Of a stretch of 64,000 nucleotides of DNA, positions 13,401 through 25,400 are shown one piece after another. Within the stretch, counting starts at the first letter, position 1. The number at the start of each line of letters is the position of its first letter. The DNA is from Phoronis australis (Eukaryota > Animalia > Phoronida), in NCBI GenBank assembly GCA_002633005.1, contig NMRA01000125.1:504638-568637 (forward strand). Direction: 5' to 3'. The notes under the pieces were generated by a model, which saw nothing but the letters and a program-made list of their open reading frames with translations, was not told the origin of the DNA and ran no database searches. The position numbers were made by a program, and so were the translations under genes.

Positions 13401-16400
13401 CAAAGAAAACTTGACTAACGGTTCCATTAACACCATAAATTATCTTTTAGCTACAGAGCATAATATATTGGTCCACACTCCATGTTGGTGTTGCAGGTAC
13501 ATTTTCGATTGCGTTTTTGAAAATATGTCTGGGCTTATATTTGCATGACAAGATTAAAAACAAGAGCAACATGTCGCATTGAAATGCACCCATGACTGCA
13601 CCACAAACAAAATGCTTCTAAGGCTGTTTATTATTATCCTAAAATGTTAGGAGGATGGTACAGAATACATCAAACCCGTCTCAAAATGGAACAGTGTCGT
13701 TGTCTCTCTAATACCAAACTAGTTGGCTGCCAATTTTCGCAAAGGAACTCTACAGATACAGAGGCAAACCTAAAAAAATCAAACTGCAACTAGAAGGCAA
13801 AGCTTCAGCAGGATTCGTCTATCAGATGTCAAGTTCATTGGAATTACTTGTCAAATTTCACAAAGATCCTATAATGGGTGTAGGAGATACAGCTGCAGAT
13901 GTAAAAATGTCACTAGGTGCTCCCCAGTAGTTGGGTATGACTAAAAATCAATGTCAGTCATGCTCTTGACAGTAGTAACACTATCTGCCAATTTTCATAA
14001 TGATCCTCAGCGCGATTTGGCAGATACCAAGGCAGATGACACAAAAATAATGAAAATGGCCACTAGACGGCCGTGATGTCATCTCCATGCCAAATTTCAC
14101 AAAAAAATCATCAAGGAACTCTTAAGATACAAAGGCAAACATAAAAAACATCAAAATTGCTACTGGGGTGGAAGTTGGATCGTTCCAAAACTCCTCGCCG
14201 TCCGTAATCTCCACCATAGGAACTCCCGAGCCAAATTTCACAAAGTTCCTTCAAAGGGTTAGGGAGACAGTCGCGGACGCAAAAAACAAAACTACTATCA
14301 GGAGGCTTCACAACAGATGGACCCATCAACATCAGTCATATTGTTTTCGTCAGGGACACATCTGCCAATTTTTACGATCCTACGAGCGGCTTAGCAGATA
14401 GAGAGGTGAACCAAAAGCACGGAATAAATAAAATTTACAACTAGGTGGCACAGAATCCGTCCAAATACGGAAATGCATCGACATCTCCTTAATAGAAAAC
14501 TAATTACAATTCATCAACAAATGCTGAGGATACAAAAGCGACCATAAAAAACTAAAGTTGCCACTAGGGGGCACAACAGTAGTCACAGCACTCTGAAACT
14601 AGTTATCATCCATCATAACAACACATCTGGCAAATGTTATTGACATCCTGCAAGGGGTTTAAGTTATGCAGCAGTGGGTGCTGGATATGAAGCATCCGAC
14701 GCCTAGACAAAGATCGCCACAATACGCACCCACAAAAAATAAATGTCCTGAGAAAGAAGCCATTTTCCAAATACACGACCAGGGGCTTACTACCACAAAT
14801 TCCCAATACCTTTCTGTTGCACTCTTGAAATCGTCGCTGTCTGATTCCGACACATCCCAGGCATCTGGGTAGCTATCCAAGCATTCCTGTAAATCCCTGC
14901 TAGTATTCAAGTCTGGCAAGTGAGTATCAGGACGGACCTCAAATCGCCTCAGCCTGTCCAGTCTCTCCAGCAAATTTCGAATCTTGGTTTGACTGTGGCG
15001 CAAACTCAATTCCAGATCCATCTCATGGTTCACTAATAGGAAATAAAGTTTTTGTATCAAGTACGGTATGCATTGTGACCACCAAATTTAAACAGTTTAC
15101 TTGGAGCCTGCCACTCGATCGGTCAACTTTGGCCCAGGACTCAGAGATCTGTATCTGAAAACTCAGACTTCCAAGACAAACTTTGGGTGAACTCCTTCTC
15201 AAAGCAATCAAGTCCTGCTACAAAAAAATAATTTGTTTTCAAAGTTGAACCCACTTAGGTAGTGGTCACCCAAGTTTTTCGTACATTAGTAGCGCTGAAC
15301 ATGTGAGTGACTGTGAAAGTAATTGATAGACTTTGTAGAATAACAGAGAAGTGTGTTCATTTTACCTTGTCAATGGGACTGTTAAAGGAGACCTTTCATT
15401 CCAGTCACTCTTGAAGTCTTAAATTACCAGCCACAAAAAGAGCACATTGTGATCAATATCTAACAAATATTTAGTTAAAACTTACATTTTGAAATCATCT
15501 TGGAGACGATGCTGCGTGGAAGTTTATTTTTTGTTTGATCATGATCTTTCTCTGAAATTGACAATTGACTTCAATGAAACCACTGCAGAACTGCTGAAGT
15601 GTGTTTAAAGCTACATGCACAATGTGCATGTCGTCTATCAATAGACCAACGTTTGATTTAGACTATTTGCTGTTATAAATAAAACCAATCCCAAGTTGTT
15701 GCTAATTCAGACCAAAAGTGACCACACAGATTTGGAAGGAGTGGAATTTCTTTTTTGCTTGCTGGAGACTACTATGCACATTGAGTGGGCTTGACACGGC
15801 TGGTCACTGTAGGCACTGACAACATCATGGCTGGAGACTAATATGCACATTGAGTTGGCTTGACACGGCTGGTCACTGTAGGCACTGACAACAACATGGC
15901 TGATCACATATGTTGGTTTTCAAGGTCAAATACCAGCTACAGTTATGCGCATTGGCCACAAAATACCCTTTGACAGGTTGGTATATAGCTGCATTAAGAT
16001 TTGTCCAAAAATGTTGCCCAATCTGACTGCATAACATTCTCATGTTTGAATACATTTGACTTTTTTTCAAAAATACAGCACAGAAGCATAATTTTGCTTA
16101 AGTTTATACTCGCCTGTTAGTTCTTTTTGTCATTATTTCTAAAATACACTTTCACTAAATTAATGAGATTTTCAATCCACAAGTCTCATCTCTGAATCCC
16201 AGCTGCTACACGCACACTGCAATTTGTAATAAAGCAGGCACACATTACCACAAAATCCACTTAATTTTCTTGCCAAATGCTTGCATTCAGAGCCACTATT
16301 TTTTGCAGATTCAGTTGTGGACTCTCTTTTAGAAATCCTCGCAGGAAATAGCAGGAAACAAATCAGGTTGTGTGTCTGACCCTAACTGTCCAACTGATAT

Positions 16401-19400
16401 GACATTTCTGTTTACTGTTGCCTGTATTCCAGTGTTCAATCATCACTTTGTTGATAAATGAATAAATTCATTTCGACCCTCTGCTTTCTCCTCAGCACTA
16501 TGACGAATTTCTTCCTTGTCATTGCTACATATCACTCAGTGGACCTTGCGTCGCACAGGCAATCTGTGACCAACACACTCCTCTGAACTATCTCGTACTG
16601 ACTGGTTTCTTTGGGACTATCTAAGAGCGAGAGTAAAAAGCGACAATCTGCAAACAATAGAGGCTCTGAATGCAAAGATTCGTCTGGAATTTTGGAAGAC
16701 GTTTTTGGTTGCATTATCACAACCTGCAATGTGTGTGCAGCAACAGTGGTTCAAGGATGAGCTACATGAACTGAAAATTCATTACATTGTCAAATGGCGA
16801 GTACCAAGTGAGAATTTCATCCTTCTGTAACATATTTGTCAATAAAAGTATCCAAGCACAAAAATAGTGTACAATTAGAATAGGCAACATATTTTTGACC
16901 CATCCTGCAATTTAAAATATCTACCCGATCATTTCAATCAACTGCTCCACAGTCCTCTACAGAAGTTTGACCCAAATCTGTATATATGTACTCTTGCCAT
17001 CACCTTAAGAATAAATATTTTATTCAAATACAAATGAGATGCTGATTATTTTCCAAGTATACGTAACTATACCTTTCAAGTGACGAATGTATTCAGTTGC
17101 TTCATTGTCAAGAGCAAACGGTGTACGCGACAGAAGCACGTGATCTTGCACAAAGTTCCAGTCATGCATGTGAGCCTCAACATCGCACGTCGACACACGC
17201 TGACCTAGAATGTCAGTACGTAAAAAGAATGAGGTACAAAACGAGGTGAAAGAGGATGGGATAAAGATTGTTTACAACGTGGAAGAGCCAAAACAGCGCC
17301 ACCAAGTAGAGAAAGGCTGCAAAGAGCCAAAAATTCAAGACATAAAATATTAGGGATGTGTAACAGAGATGGTTTTCGATAGCAAAAAAAAACCTACTCT
17401 TTAACTAGAATCAAACTTAAAAATGAGTGAGTTTGAATATCTCAAAATAGTTACATGACAATAATAGTAAGTCCATCACTGTTTATAAAAACCTAACTTT
17501 AGGCTGCTGTTAACAGAAAAGACCAATACACTATGGAAGCACAAGAACAAGGTCCAAAAGAACGGCTCGCGAAATCGAGGCTGTTAATCTATCACCACTA
17601 GGGCACGCGCGCCCTCTAGGTGATGTAAATTTTCTGAATAGCCCCATTGACACCAGTTTTATTATGAATGCACCTTTATAGTTTCATTTTTGCTAATTTT
17701 TACAAAATTCGTGCTGACAAGAACCAATTATTGGCATATTGGTCCACACTTAACATTCATGGTCTACAGGCTTTTTCTTTTGAAAAACATAATTTTTTTA
17801 CAGAAAGTTCAATTCCTACAATTTTCTAGTCATTTGGCGAAATGCACACTTTACTGATCAGGCACTACATTAACCTTAAATTCAAAGTGTAGGATAACAC
17901 TAACGTTTAGATGGCAAGCTGACATCCCCCGATGCTTTCCGTTTGATGAACTGCAGTGCATTCTGCCTTGAACGACCTTCGACCTCACTGCTTTCCTCAA
18001 CATCAGAGTCATCCTTGGACGACCTTGACACACTACTTGATGACGCCTTTTTTCTCGGAGTTACAGCTTTTTTTCTCAAAGATTTCGGTATACTTATGCT
18101 CGCCTCTTCGGCCAACGAGCCTGTTTCGCCCATTTCATTCACACTATCACCTACAGAGGCCACTAGTGTATCAATATTTTTGGAATGTCTCATTCCACTG
18201 TTATTATTCGTTGCACTTACACGACTTTGTTTCAAGCCGTCTGACATTTTCGCCATGCTGACTTTAGCTGATGAAGGCTCAGTCGTGTTACGCCGCCTGC
18301 CCTTGGTTAAAGAACTAGTTTGATCCACCTTGGCTCCAGCACGACGACCACTCAGCACTGCTGCAGCCGAGACATTGAATCTCTTCCGATCAGGTAATGC
18401 TACCTTCTCAGCGCTACGTTCCAATTCCCTAGACAGAGTTGCCGGCTGCTCTTCCCCACTTATGTTAGCAAACAGTTTCTCAGGTGCTTTCCTGACTGAT
18501 ACGGCTCCTGACGAAAGAGAAGTGGAAACACTTTCAGTCGGCTTCGAAAAACTGTGAATCGCCTTTTTCGAGCTTTCCAGCAAAGACTGGGAACGCTTTC
18601 CCTCAGTTGTGACTCCGCTAACTGTAAGCCTCTTTTTCACTGTTGTGACCTTATTGCTGGTAGTGTTGACCTCCTCCCATTCTTGATCTGTGTCATCACC
18701 ACTGGCAGAGGTCACAGACGGGGACAACCCCTCTTGATGGGAAGAGGACAATGAGAACTTTTTGCGAGAACTTCGTTCATTCACAGGAACTGCAACACCA
18801 GATGCCTGACTTTTCAGTGATTCATCCTCAGACTCCTAGAGTGAATAAAAAATTATTCATTTTATTTGACAGAAGAAACATTTACAGTACATCATCATTC
18901 AAATGTGGTTCAAAATCTGTGCACATTCTGGGCTCATCGACTCATGAATCCATAGGGGGTAATCGAACAATTCTCTTCTCAGCTAGGACCATAAACCCTT
19001 TATTAAGCTATGTTTAGGTACACAGTCAAACTGGGACAGAGGTGTGATTAAGAGCAGGGTTCACAAAGAACTGCTTTCACTGACCTTGCATGTCAATTTC
19101 AAAAGGTATGAACCACACCCATTATTTACAATCACCTGCCAAATTTTAAGCCACTATGTGGACTAGTTACACCCTCCAAGCCCAAAATGCACCTGAAGTC
19201 CCCAAAGGATTTAAAGTGTACTGCCTTTAAACCTGGATTTCGTCCAGTTCATCTGGTTGAAAATAAAATTAAGTTTTTACTCCCATAAAACTGGTCTCAT
19301 ATTTGTTACTGTTATCAGATAGTATTTTGGTTACTAAAAAGAACATCAGCAGCTAAAGAAAAAGCTTCAGAATTTATTGGAGATGACCAACCCTAAAATT

Positions 19401-22400
19401 GCCCACGTAGGCATCGCCTGTGACTTGAGCAGTTAACTAAGGAATCCTATCATGGTAGACAACATTATGAGACCGAATTTAAGAGAGTAAATGCGCAACT
19501 TCAAGTTATGTTTTTAACCCACTAAACAGAGTGAAATGCAAAGACTAAAAATTCCCTTATCAGGTTTCAAGAACAGTGCCGCATCAAGAACAGTTTTGTT
19601 TCTATATCATTACTTATTTATTATCATCTCCTCTTTGGCTAATGACATTTTTGTATTTAAGTATCTAACAAAAACGGAGCCCTTATTTCACTGAAGATGA
19701 AGAAGGGACATTGTCCTTTAGTTAAGGATCGTTACATTAAAGGATTCCAATTTCCTTACTCAATTCTATTGAGCAATCGACAGTTTGTTCTCAAAGCCAG
19801 ACACTAAGTTAGTTAATGAATATAAACCTGCATAAGAAAAGACAATCCACAAATATGCAGCAAATTTAGAGAACTTGGTTGAGTTCCTATACGGACTATT
19901 TCACGCAGTCGGACACAGTCTCAACAGATTTACCACTTTATATTGGTGATTAGTTTAGTTCGATGAGTGAATACTAGATGGAGTTAGTAGTGGGTAGACT
20001 GGGACTTCAAATGTAGTTGACTAAATCATTCAATTAAGACAAACCTCTGACACATCTTTTTCATTTGACTTTTGTTGACTGGCAGAGGATTTTGGAGTAG
20101 TCCCTTGGGTGGGAATCTCTGGAGATTCCGTTCTCCTCAGTGCAACTGAAAATTAAAGAAGACCACTCATGGACCCGTGAAATATTCAGATTCAGGGATT
20201 TTCAAGAAGTCTTCAAAACAAAGTTCATTCAACACTTTATAGGACATTAAACTATTAACTAAAGCCCCTCTGATGATCTCCACTAAAATAACTAATTCTT
20301 TATCAGCATTGAAAGTAGAGATGTACTCACTAAACAACACAGTGTTTCAAGTAGAAAACATGCCATTGAAATTTAGAGTCATTTTAGGACCAGCTTCAAA
20401 TTCTATGACAATATAGGAAAGAAAGCAGACAAGAGAACAATTTAGTACTGTAAGTGTACAAGTTTTAGATTATGTAAAGTAGTTCATATACTCACAGACT
20501 GTGGTCTTGCTGTTCCAGACATTTCCAACTGCACTCTCTAATAATCTTATACCAATGAATGGTGGGTTGCTGGTGTTTCCCACAATTATACTACTTCCAG
20601 GTCGCAGAACAGTGAGAAACACTGACAATATATCATTTGTTGACAAAGGACTGTAGAGTGCAGTTTGAAATGTATGAAACAACTTCAAATAACAAAAACG
20701 CATTGTTTATTGACTTAAGAACAAGTTTACTGCCTTAAACTCCTAAAGAGTGACACAAGACTTTAAACCAATTATGAAATAAATGCATTGCTCATAAATT
20801 AAGACTACTAATTTTTGCTTTTGTTATAAACTTACTTGAAATCTAATGGGGTGAAACAAAGTTACATGTTAAAGAACTGTCCTTCAGTTTTGAATGCTTT
20901 GTGCAAAATGACCTGAGAATTGAACATGATACGTGACTTTGAAAAACAACTGACAACAGTAGCCGTGAAACGGAGACGAACTCGCGTCTACCTTGTTCGA
21001 GTTCCTCTTTATCAGACGATGGCACAATCTCATCTGCTGCCTGACGTCTTCTGCTACTGCTAGCACCCTGGTGTTCTGCAGGTGACTGAACGTGTTTCAT
21101 GGGGGACTTGAGGGCAGAGAAGAGCTTATGTTTTCCTTATGTAATGGCAACAAGGGCAATATTTCAGATTAAGAAGGGTTTCATGAAACAGAACTAAGAC
21201 ATCACAAGTTGTTCTTACGCGAGATTCACTGTAAGAATTATTGCTTACAGAAGATCTGAATAAAACAAGTCGCTTGCCCAGTGTTTACATATAAATTAAA
21301 TTGTTTAATCTCCTTGGAATTCATTATCTGTCAGATGATTACACAAGATCGATAACCAGTGATGTCTTCTGTCACTACTAGTGCTTTGTGAAAGACAAGC
21401 TGGAGATTAGTAAAAGGCATCCCAGATCAGACCAAATAATGTTCGTTGAACAATTTCACTGATGCAGGAGCAATAGCAACTTTTTGGGATACTGTGCACT
21501 GCTGCCATGCATGTCACTATTTAACATTAAAATTAGTTAGCCATTTGTCATACTGATGCCATAGTGGAATGCAATGCAGAAACAGATTACATGCCAAAAA
21601 TAGTCAGGCAAAATACTGTTTCCCAGGCCAAGACGGGTCACCATGGCAACTGTGCTTGCGCTCAGCTGTCATGACGAGAAATTCTGGACATTTATTTTTA
21701 GTGCGAGCTCTAATAAACAAACTGGAGAAGCTGAGTGAGGAGCAATAGAACATATTTTGCTCAGGAGTGTGTGTACCATTTAGGGATGTCGGAATTGAAA
21801 TTCCATATCTGAGTATATGATGCCAGGATACCTCGGGCTGCCTTTCAGCACATCGAAGCCATTTAGTAACATACACATCGAAGCTATGACATTGCAACTG
21901 AACATACCGATGCTTTTTAGAAGTACGAAAATGACACAGTCTTACATCAGGAAAAAGAGTACCATTGGCCGTAGAGCCGTTACAAAGAATCAGTACTCTA
22001 CTCATAGATAGTTGAGACTCTAACTGGCAGAAAAAGCCCCACTCAGCTCATATGTTTCTGAGAAGCTGTAAATTATTTGGAACTGGACTTAAATCCATAA
22101 AGTTTATAGCCAAATCGATTACCTGACTTAGAAGAGGCACTTCCAGCAACAGGAACAGAAGAAAATTGGTCAAACCCTGAAAATACATCAGAAGGTTACC
22201 CCTAACACACAAAGAAGCTCAACTAACAACTTAGAAAAATACAGTTGCATTTTGCATCTTCTTCAATCAAATGACAGAAGAAATTGCTGCCTCATGAATC
22301 AAAAAGTACAAAAAAATGTTTTGAAAGTTCACACTCAGACTTGCAGCAAGATTTTTTGCAAACCACTGTATCTCAAACATTACACAACAATGTCTTAAAA

Positions 22401-25400
22401 ATGTACCCCCCCCCCCGAACAAGTCAATTGAATTTCGTGATTGGCTGCACCGCTGTCAATGACCCACTATACAAAGCACTCACGGTACTAGTAACTAATT
22501 CAAAGTAATTTAGTGATTACAGCAACAATGACAGGACAGTGCGTCAAAAACTAAAAGTTGAATTTATTATTTGTAAAACTTTTGAAAAAAGATTTTTTGC
22601 CAAAAATTAACCAAGTGCATGACATGCTTAGAGTGAACTTAAAAATTTGTATTTGAATCAGGAAACGTGATTGGTTGAATTTCGAGTCTGAATCTGAGTT
22701 GAGTTTTAGTTCAGAGAGTAGATCCTTGTCCCAGAACCAAAACTAATTGTGCTTTCTGGCCTAACACTGACATTCCATCTCATGAAAAGTTTACATTTAA
22801 GGATCAAATTAACTTACAAACAGTATTATAGTTTTCCTAAAAATCAATTCAGCAAAATAAATCACAACTTCCAGTCATCCCAGAAACGTACTAAATCTTA
22901 ATAAACTTACCATTAATCTTCACAAAAATTATAAAAGTTTTTAAAACTGTGTGTTTAGAAGGCCTGCTCTGGAGACGTGGGTGCTTGTTTTTCCCAACTA
23001 ATCATAAGTTCTCTGTTAAAATAGATTTTCTGTTTAAATTAATTGTCAAAAAGACTGAAAAAGTGGAGGTTTGACACCCAGGTTAGAGGTGAACGAGATA
23101 GCTTCAAGCAATTCTGTTGTTGTCTTACCATCAGATACAAAGCGCCGATCTGCCGTGGACCTTTTCCTGGAGTTGAGAAGCTCAGGTGGTACAGCCATGG
23201 ACAGGCGTGTACTTTCAGCCCATGGGATCAGTTGAGATATGTTGCTTGAAAGACGGCCCTGGATAAAAAATAACTCGCAGTCAGCAAGATTATCTGAGCA
23301 CCAAGATCTGTCTTCTAGATAAAGTTATTTTAAAAACATATGTGATGCATACGTGATTGTACCCCAGTTTACCAGAGTAATTTCAATGAGTTTATAACTA
23401 CATTTGAGAGGTAATACCACAGTGTTTGAATCTCATCAGGTTTGTCAAGGTGAGCAGGTGGTACAATGTTATAATAAACTCTTGGCAAAAATCATTGCCA
23501 AAATTGCCTTTTATAAACTCCCCAAGGATGTCAAACATTGTTGTGGATTTCCACAGTTTTTCAAAATATTCTCAGATGGTAGCTATTGCATAAAACTCGT
23601 GTCCTAAATTGGTGAGATTTTACACTGTTCTCCGGTAAAGCCTAACAACAGAAGTTAACACATGGTTAGACAATGGCAACATGACATGTGACACTAGTGG
23701 TTTAAAGTTGCTGGACACTAGATCGACAAATTCAGGCAATTAAAATTCATAAATGAATTTCTTGTATATGTGAACCATGATACTTGATAGGGGCACAAAA
23801 AATCTCCAAAGTTGAATATCCTTGTATTTTCCAACAATAATCGATGAAAAATTTAATAGGTGTTAACCCAGACATCTATGGTCATAAGACTGCCTACTTC
23901 TGTCAAAGTTAATTTTGTTGATTAAAATAGATGTTTATTGAAAAAAAATCAAAACTGCGAAAACTTGTAAAATGTTTCTAGCTTCAATGCCAGATAATTC
24001 AAAATCAATCAAAAATGATAAAAATGATTCAGCTACTTTAACTTTCATGAAATGGACCACCAGGGGAGGTAACGCAAAGTACCGGTAAATAAATGGATAT
24101 GATAATCAACTCAGCTCAAGTTCCCTTTAACATTGTGCAGAATCCCCCTCTATTTGTTGAATGACTGGCTGAGGTTCACTCTAAGTTTACAACCTTCCAA
24201 AAACTTGGCTACTCACTGTCCTGCTTGTGTTGGTAGACTGCCTGGGATTCACTCTCTGCCTCAATCTCTCCATCAACGTTTGTGATAGTGAGACGTCTGC
24301 CATATCTTGAGGCTTAGCTGAGCCTGGAAATCAAATCAGATTGGAGCACAAAGATGCCACAATGACAAACAACATAACTCGCTAAACTGAGGTTTACTTG
24401 TGGAAAAGTTAGTAGCAATCAGTCAAACCAATTTGTTTAATTCACACTAATCTTAGAAGAATTGTACAGAGCTAAAATGCGCACTCACGGTCCATTCACC
24501 CAAGATGGGCGGTTGGGCATCATTGCTATCCAACAGTGATGTCCGTATTAGTTTGGACTTTGACATGGATGTCGTATTTGGACATCAATGAAAGCAAATA
24601 CCGTGCAGATGTCAGACTTTCAAATGCCAAATTGTTATTAGGAAATTATGAACTGTGTTGACGCCAGACTTAACCAGACTACATATACACCAACGACTTC
24701 TAAATGTCTGATTTTTAACATTAAATGGGGGCTGGGAGCACTGACATCTGGTTGATCATGGATTCTACCATTGTTGGGCGCCAATGTAGAAAATTTCACA
24801 TGCCCACAACTGGTATTGACTGCCAGTGTATGATTGTATACAAACCATTTGACCAAGAGGTAATTGCCACTTGAGAAGTGATTTAGAAAGGCTTAATACC
24901 ACTACAGACAAGCCCAAGTCATGAGTCAAAACTAGTGTAAGTTTCAGTTTCATGTTGCAGTGTGGCAGACCAAGATGCGAGTTTAAATGAAATGGAACAG
25001 AACTGGAAGTCTGGAACCTGGCACCATGTCTGAGACTCCTAGAGAATGAAAACACCAAACTTACATTAAAAACATAACATGGTTCCAGACCATAATTAAA
25101 GCCACTGAAATGGAACCTGGAATGAAATAATACAAGAGCATACCTCTAGTATACACCATAGTGTCTCCCCTGGGTTTTGAAATGACCATGTGGATGAATG
25201 GTCCAAGTAGGATGCAAAGCTCGTTGCGATACGCAAGTATAGGAAATGGGATCCTCCTATAACTTGGGATTCGAAAGGAACGGGGTGGTGAACGGTTACA
25301 GTGGATGTTTAGCCCGGTGCAACAACGAAGTGTCATTATGTGATCTCCTTGTATGAAGATTTATTATTAATCTTACAGATTTCACGTTCACAAATTAAAG

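Noticed and set aside
17943-18754. Plus-strand ORFs overlapping the 931-nt exon (also 33662-34021 and 41501-41733)
   Set aside because: Antisense shadows of real coding exons with no independent motifs.
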